Assembly (NCBI GenBank): GCA_964347045.1 | Contig: CAYFXC010000008.1 | Location: forward strand, 1-13,332 | Direction: 5' to 3' | DNA from: an uncultured archaeon | GTDB lineage: Archaea; Asgardarchaeota; Hermodarchaeia; Hermodarchaeales; Hermodarchaeaceae | Length of the DNA stretch: 13,332 nt | Shown: positions 1 to 7,546 of the stretch, in pieces | How positions within the stretch are numbered: position 1 is the stretch's first letter | How the letters are laid out: every line of letters begins with the position of its first letter | Made by a program: the position numbers and the translations under genes | Notes under the pieces: model-generated | What the model was told of the DNA's origin: nothing | What the model saw: only the letters and a program-made list of their open reading frames with translations | The model's database searches: none

Positions 1-1
1 T

Positions 2-76
2 GCCGAGGTGGCGGAGTGGCCACGCGACAGCCTGCAGAGCTGTTTTATATGGGTTCAAATCCCATCCTCGGCTCCA
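2..76 (+). tRNA. tRNA-Cys (anticodon GCA), intron-less, CCA encoded
   Basis: Cloverleaf folded by hand. Acceptor GCCGAGG (2-8) pairs with CCTCGGC (66-72); D stem GCG/CGC; anticodon stem ACAGC (27-31)/GCTGT (39-43) with loop CT-GCA-GA; T arm ATGGG-TTCAAAT-CCCAT. Discriminator U73 is the Cys identity base, and CCA follows at 74-76. Confidence 0.97.
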
Positions 77-89
77 CTTCTCTTTCTTC
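77..89 (+). terminator. Possible archaeal pyrimidine-rich terminator after tRNA-Cys
   Basis: Pyrimidine tract CTTCTCTTTCTTC lies immediately after the CCA. Confidence 0.35.
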
Positions 90-151
90 GTTACTAGATG
101 TAAGGATGTCTTGGAGCGGCGAATGGACCGGTAATTTGGCGGATTGATTAT

Positions 152-3100
152 TTAGGCCGCTGAAGTGTCAGGAGGCGGCATGGGGGCTAGTTGAATGGGT
201 TTGAATATTCCTTTCACACGCAGTTGATATATTCCCATGAGGGCTTCAAGTTTTTCGGTTTTTGCCGCTGCGAGATAGGTGCTTAGGATTTGACCAAGGA
301 AGATGTATTCTCTGTCAATGGTTAATTCCTTTGCAAGAGTGTAGATGTCGGATTCTAGTGAAGAGAGTTGAGCGCCCCGTGGTCGACGTTTGGTAACACT
401 ATGTGGATGGCGCAGTGAGATTAAGAAGACTTCTTCGACAAGGTCTGATGCGCTGTTGAATTGGTCTACACGACCTTCCCAGTGCTCAAAGTCACCCTTG
501 TATCGCGTCTCAAATACATCTGTGAAAGTTTCGAGTCGGTTTCGTAACTGCTCACTTGGTGTTCCACTCAGAACCAAGGCAACACGGACAAACCGACCAT
601 CGTTGATGAGAATTCGGAAGCCTTCATATTGGAGTTCGCGAAGAGTCCGAGCCTCTTCAGAGTCATCAGCGAGACCGGGACTATCTCCTAGATCGTGACC
701 AAAAGTTGATATCGCTTGGAGGAAGCCAGCTACAAGAGTTGCATCTTGACTTTCTTCCGCGAACGGATCAAAAACACAAATGCCACTTTCTTTATGAAGC
801 ACAAGTAGCCGATTGAGATTTGCTACATCACTAAAGGTGTCAGCAATTGCCTGATATTTTGCGAGTTTCTGAAGACGTTTGGGTAGAAGAACGTATCGGC
901 GATATGTCATGAAACCACCGAGAGGAACGAAAATGATAATTACAACTAGCAATGCAATTAGAGGAAGTTGACTCATGAATACAGTGTTAAATGATATTGC
1001 ACTGATACGCAGAATATCTCCATTATGTTCGAGGGGAGCATTGGAGAGACCAGCATAGTTCTCGGCGGCATCAATTGATACATAAAAGGAATATTGTCCT
1101 TCTTCATTGAGATTACTTTCAAGATGAATCCATCCGTTGACAACATAACTTTCAATTTGGATTGACCCACCACCTTGAACTGTAATGGTTAAAGTAACCT
1201 TGGTACCATCTGGAAGTAAAGCACCACTAGGTTGTTTTAGAAAAGATTGTTGACTTCCTATCAGGTGTGCGGAAGATGAACTAGTTTCAACGAGATAGAA
1301 TTGAATGTCCAAAGACCATGGAGTATTTAGATTTGGTGCAATCGGGTTGAATTCAGGGAGTACATTGTACTCGATGGTCTGTTTAGGAGCTATGGTAAGG
1401 GAGATTGTCGTTGCAGAATCAACAAAATCATTAGCCTCTGCGTATATGGTAACATTGTATGTTCCAGGAGAAAGCCCCTCTGTGCTGAAGTTTGCAATCT
1501 CATAGAGCCCAAGACCTGGTGTTGCTAACGTGAGCGTGGTATTCTCTCCACCATTGACACCTGCTTCAAGGACACCATGGCTTAAGTCTTCACCGTTGAG
1601 TGCATCGCGGAGTACAACCCGAAGAATAATTGGATGATCACTAGTCGGGTATTGCCAATCTTCATAGAGTATAATGTTTTGAAACTCTGTAGGAACATCA
1701 ATTCTTGTTGGACGAGGCTGCGGTCGCACATTGACTGGTTTTGACCAATTGGCTTCATACCCAAATTTTACTGCATAAATCAAAATGAAAGCGGTATCTC
1801 CTTCGTGAAAGGCAATACCACCGATGGGATTTGTGTCAATGGTGATGTTATAAAATCCGATTTTTGTTGAATCAGTAAGTGACCAATCAACCCAGTCAAG
1901 GCGTTTAAACACGCCTAACGTACCATGAACAATATAGGGCACCAATGTGGCGTCCTTGATAGGAATACCGCCATCATCGGTGTACAGGATTGTGAATTGT
2001 AATGAGGAGTCGTTAATGTATGGTTGCGGAGAAGTAAACCAGTAGCTGGACACATTATCTAGACCTGAGAGAGGTTGATCTTCCCAGAAGAAGAGAATGT
2101 GGGTTTCTCTTGTTTTTATTTCAAAGCTTTTGGTTACATTTTGTTCTTGGTTATAGGGTGACGAAAAATACATGGTGATGTTATGGAGAACCCCAACAGA
2201 GGCGTTATGCGTATGGATAAACGCGGTGTAGAATCCTGGTGATCCATATGACGCCCAATTTACCCATTGATAATCGACGACCGTATCTCCAGGACCTAAT
2301 CCCCATTCGAGACCACTTGTTTCGTTTATGATTGTAACAACTGCATCAGGGATAAATATCCCCCATTCATTATAGTACAAGACTTCAATGATGACATCAT
2401 CACCGCGAATGACAGGTTCGTCTTCTTGTGGAAATTCATAGGAGACCCAATAATTAGTTTTGACATAGACTTCAAGGGTTTCAAGGGTTAGACCAGCTTC
2501 AGTACCGTTGAACCATATTATTTGGAGATTGTGAAGCCCCCCGACGGTGGCCGTGGTCCAGATTGACCAGTTGAGTTCAACGATTCCCCCGGGTGGCATT
2601 GCAAGCGGATTGAGATGATAATGAACTATGTAATTTTCCGGATCGTAGACAAGCAGGTAACCGAATCCGCTGGTTGCATTTTCGCCCATCCCATCTTGAA
2701 CGTACCCATTTGCATAAATTGTTTCTGTACTGTTTGCCATCGTTATGGGTTGTCCTGTTTCATTTAGAATTTCTGAGTTCACTAAATAATCGGGAGAACG
2801 GCAAAGGATTGTCCATTGTCCGCTGACCGCATTTTCAATGACAAGCCACCATCCCGTGGTGGGGGAATACCGATAGAAATAATCCATATGAAAAGAGCCA
2901 TCCACAATAACTTGGAAGACATTCCAGTCGGACTCGATTGAGACAGATATCCGTTGGTCTATAGCAGAGGCAGGAAAATCAGCATAAAAACTTACATTCC
3001 AATCCACCCAGTTATGCAGAGCATGCACAGTGAACTGTGAATCGACAATGAGTGTCTCGTAGAACCATCCGATCCAGGTAACATCGTATGTTAATCCGGA

Positions 3101-4234
3101 CCATACATATTCGACGTCAAAGTAGCGATTCGCTTTCGTCATGTTGATAGCCGGTGAATGCCATCCGCCATCCCAAATACCAGTACCTGGATTTGGAAAG
3201 AGATTCATAACGGGAGTTCCATTTACGGTCATTCCGATCTCACTCGGGTAGAAGAACCGAGTAAACACAACTATAAGGAAGAAATCAAGGGAAGGCCCTG
3301 AAAGGAAATTCAAAGAGGGCCAAGGATAAGATTGCCATGCATCACCTTCGTCCTCTCCATCTCCATCAGGTGGAAAACCGACATCTTCCATTAATGCCCA
3401 AGCCGCTGCAGCGCCTGGCATCATGGTCAGTGCAAAATAGAATGTATTCGCATAGGTCATTTGACTATCTAATAGGATTGGTACGGTGGGCAGTCCAATC
3501 CACTGTTCGGTAGAGGAGGGCATATCAGGTACAAATTCTTGCATCCAAGGTCCAAGGGGCCGAGCTAAATCGGGCATTGTACCTAGACCTGAGATTACAC
3601 TTGGAGCAGCAGCATAAACTGTATAGTTAAACCAGCCTCCCGTTCTAGGATTATTTGGTGAATACAAATAGATCGCAAATTCTGTGAGTTCAACAGGTAA
3701 ATGACCAGTGGCATTGAACGCCATAAAAACAACTTCGCCAGGCCATGTTTTTTCATCCATCGGCCAGTAATACCTCCAACCCGTCGAGGGATCATGATCT
3801 TCAACCATGATGAAGTCTTTATTGTCGTTGATGTTGCCGATTCGAGAAAAGAAACTAACATCATGATACATCATCCCTTTATCAATGGTCACCTGATAAT
3901 CAGATCCATTATCTTCCCCCGTAAAGGAATTAGAAATGTTCCATGTTAGTTGGGTCATCCGTGGTGATCCCATTCCAGTTTGAGATAATGGCATTACCGG
4001 GTTCACGGGTTCAGGTTCGGGTATACTAGAATCACTTGGGGAAGTATAGGATTGAGTATTTTGCAGGGTTTCTTGTTCAATATCAGGAATGGCAATATCA
4101 TGAGAAGGAATACTTCTTTCCTCATTTTGCACAATGTCGGGTTGTAAATTGGGTCCATTTACGGGAAAATACGGAATAAGCGGGAAAAGTATCATGCCTA
4201 ACATTAACAATGAAAAAAATTGTATTCTCCTCAT
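152..4234 (-). CDS. Large single-pass membrane glycoprotein: signal peptide, beta-rich (probably Ig-like) ectodomain, TM helix, cytoplasmic longin/roadblock-like domain and possible C-terminal winged helix
   Basis: Long open ORF (1363 aa from GTG 4243; ATG 4234 is preferred because AGGTG lies 6 nt upstream). N-terminus MRRIQFFSLLMLGMILFPLIP is a signal peptide. TM segment LPLIALLVVIIIFVPLGGFMTY is followed by basic RRYVLLPKR. The tail has LLVLHKESGICVF...DATLVAGFLQAISTFG...LRELQYEGFRILINDG, a pattern typical of Asgard longin-like domains. Confidence 0.85.
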   Translation of the reverse strand: MRRIQFFSLLMLGMILFPLIPYFPVNGPNLQPDIVQNEERSIPSHDIAIPDIEQETLQNTQSYTSPSDSSIPEPEPVNPVMPLSQTGMGSPRMTQLTWNISNSFTGEDNGSDYQVTIDKGMMYHDVSFFSRIGNINDNKDFIMVEDHDPSTGWRYYWPMDEKTWPGEVVFMAFNATGHLPVELTEFAIYLYSPNNPRTGGWFNYTVYAAAPSVISGLGTMPDLARPLGPWMQEFVPDMPSSTEQWIGLPTVPILLDSQMTYANTFYFALTMMPGAAAAWALMEDVGFPPDGDGEDEGDAWQSYPWPSLNFLSGPSLDFFLIVVFTRFFYPSEIGMTVNGTPVMNLFPNPGTGIWDGGWHSPAINMTKANRYFDVEYVWSGLTYDVTWIGWFYETLIVDSQFTVHALHNWVDWNVSFYADFPASAIDQRISVSIESDWNVFQVIVDGSFHMDYFYRYSPTTGWWLVIENAVSGQWTILCRSPDYLVNSEILNETGQPITMANSTETIYANGYVQDGMGENATSGFGYLLVYDPENYIVHYHLNPLAMPPGGIVELNWSIWTTATVGGLHNLQIIWFNGTEAGLTLETLEVYVKTNYWVSYEFPQEDEPVIRGDDVIIEVLYYNEWGIFIPDAVVTIINETSGLEWGLGPGDTVVDYQWVNWASYGSPGFYTAFIHTHNASVGVLHNITMYFSSPYNQEQNVTKSFEIKTRETHILFFWEDQPLSGLDNVSSYWFTSPQPYINDSSLQFTILYTDDGGIPIKDATLVPYIVHGTLGVFKRLDWVDWSLTDSTKIGFYNITIDTNPIGGIAFHEGDTAFILIYAVKFGYEANWSKPVNVRPQPRPTRIDVPTEFQNIILYEDWQYPTSDHPIILRVVLRDALNGEDLSHGVLEAGVNGGENTTLTLATPGLGLYEIANFSTEGLSPGTYNVTIYAEANDFVDSATTISLTIAPKQTIEYNVLPEFNPIAPNLNTPWSLDIQFYLVETSSSSAHLIGSQQSFLKQPSGALLPDGTKVTLTITVQGGGSIQIESYVVNGWIHLESNLNEEGQYSFYVSIDAAENYAGLSNAPLEHNGDILRISAISFNTVFMSQLPLIALLVVIIIFVPLGGFMTYRRYVLLPKRLQKLAKYQAIADTFSDVANLNRLLVLHKESGICVFDPFAEESQDATLVAGFLQAISTFGHDLGDSPGLADDSEEARTLRELQYEGFRILINDGRFVRVALVLSGTPSEQLRNRLETFTDVFETRYKGDFEHWEGRVDQFNSASDLVEEVFLISLRHPHSVTKRRPRGAQLSSLESDIYTLAKELTIDREYIFLGQILSTYLAAAKTEKLEALMGIYQLRVKGIFKPIQLAPMPPPDTSAA

Positions 4235-4243
4235 ATTAACCAC

Positions 4244-4470
4244 CTATAGTTGATGAGGTTTCTATTGCAGCCGCAAGGGTGCATTGTACAGAAATTGAAG
4301 AGTGCTGGATTCTCCTCAATGTCTACCTAAAGCCCGTGAAATACGCGTTCTTAAGTATTTGTCTAGATGGTGAGTGGATAAAAATTGATTGAGGGATAAA
4401 CAAAGCTGCGGAGCGTAGCCTATAAGAGATTAAGAAGGTTAGAGTACTTATTCGGAAGTTGATGGAGTGG
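4244..4470. promoter_or_regulatory. Divergent promoter region between the membrane protein gene and the nitroreductase operon
   Basis: Non-coding gap of about 230 bp between head-to-head genes, with AT-rich TATA-like words (TTCTTAAGTATTT, CTATAAG). Exact promoters could not be resolved. Confidence 0.4.
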
Positions 4471-4473
4471 ATG

Positions 4474-5094
4474 ATGATGCCTGCCTTCTTTGAATTCATT
4501 GTCAACAGAAGAAGTATCCGGAAATATAAGAAGAAATCAATACCTCAAAGTCAGATCACTCGTATTGTCGAGATGGGAAAATGGGCACCTTCTGCGCATA
4601 ACGCTCAACCCTGGCGATTCTTTATCTTACAAACATCTGAAGAAAAAGAAAAACTAGCAAGAGCAATGGGTAACATGTTTCGACTGGATCTAGAAAGGGA
4701 TAAGGAGAACCCGAAAATAATTGATAAGTTGGTTCAAGCATCCATTGAACGGTTTTCTTCGGCGCCGGTGCTTATTCTAGCTTGTCTGACGATGCAGCCA
4801 ATGGATTCGTATCCAGATGAAAAACGTCAACAAGCGGAATTTGTTATGGCGATTCAGAGCGTAGCCGCAGCGCTTCAGACGATTCTTCTGGCTGCCCATG
4901 CAGAGGGAGTGGCGACTTGTTGGTTTTGTGCACCATTATTTTGTCCCGATGTTGTACAACGAACGCTAGGATTATCAGAGGAGTTTCTACCACAAGCACT
5001 GGTTACAATGGGAATTGCGGATGAAACTCCTGAGCCACCAATTCGCCATCCATTTGAAGAGTTTGCTACTTTTGTTGACAAAAAGGAGAGATGA
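4474..5094 (+). CDS. FMN-dependent nitroreductase-family protein, FbiB C-terminal-domain/FbiE-like (putative dehydro-F420-0 reductase)
   Basis: Nitroreductase motifs RRSIRKY and APSAHNAQPWRF. The segment QSVAAALQTILLAAHAEGVATCWFCAPLFCPDVVQRTLGL resembles the FbiB C-terminal subfamily. It sits directly upstream of cofD. The start is probably ATG 4474 or 4477, after GGAG at 4464-4467. Confidence 0.85.
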   Translation: MMPAFFEFIVNRRSIRKYKKKSIPQSQITRIVEMGKWAPSAHNAQPWRFFILQTSEEKEKLARAMGNMFRLDLERDKENPKIIDKLVQASIERFSSAPVLILACLTMQPMDSYPDEKRQQAEFVMAIQSVAAALQTILLAAHAEGVATCWFCAPLFCPDVVQRTLGLSEEFLPQALVTMGIADETPEPPIRHPFEEFATFVDKKER

Positions 5095-5098
5095 GACA

Positions 5099-6046
5099 GT
5101 GTTGGTGGTTGCGCTAGCAGGTGGGGTGGGTGCCGCGCGGTTCTTAGAAGGTCTCGTTCAAGAGATGCCTCCTGAAAAGCTCACAATAATCGGGAATACA
5201 GGTGACGACATGGCAAATTTCATGGGATTATACATCTCGCCGGATTTGGATATAGTGACTTACACGCTGGCAGGAGTCGTGGACCCAGTGAAAGGCTGGG
5301 GAATAAAAGGCGATACGTTCCACGCCTTAGAGGTTCTTCAAAACTTGGGATTTGATACTTGGTTTGCACTAGGAGATCAGGATTTGGGTACCCACTTTGC
5401 ACGAACGGCTATGTTACAGCAGGGATGGTCTCTATCTAAAGCGACACAGGTAATCAGTCAATCCATGGGTGTTCGGTGTCGAATTATTCCAATGACAGAG
5501 AAATGGGTGCCTACACGCATTGTAACTGATGTTGGGTTAGTGCATTTTGAAGAATATCTTGTAAAACGTGGCGCGAAGGATACTGTTGAGGATGTGATTT
5601 TTGATGGCATCGACGGCGCCTCACCAAGCCCGGGTGTGCTTGAAGCAATTGAACAAGCGGAACTCATCATTATCTGTCCCAGTAACCCCATCGTAAGTAT
5701 TGGACCAATCCTCGCAGTTCCCGGTATTAAACAAGGAATTATGAAAGCTAATGCTCTCTGTGTAGCGGTCTCGCCGATTATCAGTGGTAAACCAGTAAAA
5801 GGACCTGCGGATAAGCTCATGGAAGGAAAAGGCATTGAAGTCTCACCCGTGGGAGTAGCAGAAATCTATCAAGAGTTCCTCGACGTTTTGATAATTGATA
5901 AGAAAGATCACAAACTAGTCCCACGCATCGAGGAGTTAGGTATGACTGTTGTTGTTGAACAAACGCTCATGACATCTCTAGCACGAAAAAAGAGGTTAGC
6001 TAAAACAGTTCTAAAAGTGGCTAAGGACCAGAAACGCAAATCATAG
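5099..6046 (+). CDS. cofD: 2-phospho-L-lactate (or PEP) transferase CofD/FbiA, coenzyme F420 biosynthesis
   Basis: Family motifs LAGGVGAARF, IGNTGDD..GLYISPDLD, WFALGDQD, HFEEY, ICPSNPIVSIGPIL and VSPII..PVKGPA. Likely start is GTG 5099 (AGGAG at 5084-5088), just after the nitroreductase stop; the ORF-track start at 5015 overlaps the upstream gene. Confidence 0.95.
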   Translation: MLVVALAGGVGAARFLEGLVQEMPPEKLTIIGNTGDDMANFMGLYISPDLDIVTYTLAGVVDPVKGWGIKGDTFHALEVLQNLGFDTWFALGDQDLGTHFARTAMLQQGWSLSKATQVISQSMGVRCRIIPMTEKWVPTRIVTDVGLVHFEEYLVKRGAKDTVEDVIFDGIDGASPSPGVLEAIEQAELIIICPSNPIVSIGPILAVPGIKQGIMKANALCVAVSPIISGKPVKGPADKLMEGKGIEVSPVGVAEIYQEFLDVLIIDKKDHKLVPRIEELGMTVVVEQTLMTSLARKKRLAKTVLKVAKDQKRKS

Positions 6047-6094
6047 AACAGCACATTTATACGGGACGAACAGCTGGTTCAGGCGGGAGAAGTC

Positions 6095-7546
6095 ATGATA
6101 AAAATTTACAATACCCTCTCACGGAAGAAAGAGCCCTTCACCCCATTGCACGCGGGCGAGGTACGCATGTATGTCTGCGGACCCACCGTGTATGATTCAA
6201 GTCATTTAGGTCATGCCCGTTCAATTGTCGCTTTTGACGTGATTCGACGCTATTTAGAGTATAAAGGCTATGATATGCGTTTCATCCAGAACTTCACTGA
6301 TATAGATGATAAAATGATTCAACGCGCTCAATCCCAAAAAACTACCACTGACAAGTTAGCCACCAAGTACATTCAGGAGTATTTTGAAGATTTTGATAGG
6401 CTCAGCGTGAAACGAGCCACAGCTTATCCGAAAGCCACAGAACACATCCAAGAGATGATTGAATATATTCAGAAATTAGTCAAGAAAGGATTTGCATACG
6501 AAGCTAATGGTAGTGTATATTTCAGGGTGACCAAAATCAAGAATTATGGGAAACTTTCGCGCCAAGAAAGGAGTGAAAAGGTGGTTGAGGATCAAGATGC
6601 TGGCGTTGCAGAGGATAAGGAACACCCGAAGGATTTTGCTTTATGGAAGAAAATGAAGCCGGGGGAACCGAGTTGGGATTCCCCTTGGGGGAAAGGTCGA
6701 CCAGGATGGCATATTGAATGCTCTGTCATGTCAACCAAATATCTTGGTGACCCAATTGATATACACGGTGGTGGGCTAGACCTTGTTTTTCCCCATCACG
6801 AAAATGAAATTGCACAATCAGAGGCCTTGAGTGGACAACCGTTTGTGCGTTATTGGATGCATAATGGATTCCTTACCGTAAATAAAGAGAAGATGTCCAA
6901 ATCTTTGGGGAACTTTTTCACAATCCAAGAAATTACTAAAAAATATAATCCAGAAGTTATTCGATTTTTTCTTATTTCATCTCAGTACCGGAGCCCCATT
7001 GATTTCAGCGACGCACAGCTTGAAGAAGCAAAATCCCGACTATCCCGCATTCACAATTCCATTGATATCCTTCAACGTCGCCTTCGTGAAGCCCGAATTG
7101 CTGAAGTAAAAAATACGGTAAAACCCTCTTCCGCAGATGTAGAGTTATGGGAGGCGTTATCAACGTTAGAGAAGGAATTTGAGCAGGCTATGGATGATGA
7201 TTTCAATACACCCATAGCCTTAGCAAATTTGAATAAGTTTCTGACCAAGATGAACTCCGTGCTCTCTGGTGGTAACTCTGTTACTGTAGGAACCCTACAA
7301 AAAGTCTTTGAGACGCTTGATGCGATTGGTGAAGTCTTTGGCCTATACCGTGAGCGAATGAAACTGGAAGCAATGGACCAAGGAACAATTAATGGTTTAG
7401 TGGAAATTCTAATTCAGCTTAGGAATGAAGCACGGAAACTAAAAGATTTCAAAACAGCAGATCGGATCAGGGATCAGCTGAAAGAGCTCGGAATCCTTCT
7501 TGAGGATGAAAAATCGGGAACTGTGTGGAAGTTAGAAGGAAAATGA
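6095..7546 (+). CDS. cysS: Cysteine--tRNA ligase (class I CysRS)
   Basis: Motifs MYVCGPTVYD..HLGHAR (HIGH), NFTDIDDK, DFALWK, SPWGKGRPGWHIECS, DIHGGGLDLVFPHHENE and KMSKSLGN, plus the C-terminal DFKTADRIRDQL anticodon-binding region. Confidence 0.98.
   Translation: MIKIYNTLSRKKEPFTPLHAGEVRMYVCGPTVYDSSHLGHARSIVAFDVIRRYLEYKGYDMRFIQNFTDIDDKMIQRAQSQKTTTDKLATKYIQEYFEDFDRLSVKRATAYPKATEHIQEMIEYIQKLVKKGFAYEANGSVYFRVTKIKNYGKLSRQERSEKVVEDQDAGVAEDKEHPKDFALWKKMKPGEPSWDSPWGKGRPGWHIECSVMSTKYLGDPIDIHGGGLDLVFPHHENEIAQSEALSGQPFVRYWMHNGFLTVNKEKMSKSLGNFFTIQEITKKYNPEVIRFFLISSQYRSPIDFSDAQLEEAKSRLSRIHNSIDILQRRLREARIAEVKNTVKPSSADVELWEALSTLEKEFEQAMDDDFNTPIALANLNKFLTKMNSVLSGGNSVTVGTLQKVFETLDAIGEVFGLYRERMKLEAMDQGTINGLVEILIQLRNEARKLKDFKTADRIRDQLKELGILLEDEKSGTVWKLEGK

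Noticed and set aside
90-151. Small RNA between the tRNA and the membrane protein stop codon
   Set aside because: No C/D boxes and no convincing stem-loop on either strand.
390-3949. Short ORFs inside the large membrane protein gene (390-698, 973-1173, 1305-1505, 1582-1764, 3595-3864, 3701-3949)
   Set aside because: Antisense or off-frame shadows of a long coherent gene, with no recognisable motifs.
40-4300. Integrative element or genomic island at the tRNA-Cys 3' end
   Set aside because: No integrase, no visible duplicate of the tRNA 3' end (att site) and no evident compositional shift.
4471-4479. ATGATGATG triplet run (and the GCC run at about 9546-9556) as phase-variable repeats
   Set aside because: Too short and in frame; they are alternative start codons and an Ala run.
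4323-4505. 60-aa minus-strand ORF in the divergent intergenic region
   Set aside because: It overlaps the nitroreductase start and promoter region and has no motif; probably spurious, though it cannot be fully excluded.
5015-5098. N-terminal extension of CofD in the ORF track
   Set aside because: It overlaps the nitroreductase gene by 80 bp. CofD homology begins at LVVALAGGVG, and an RBS-supported GTG is present at 5099.
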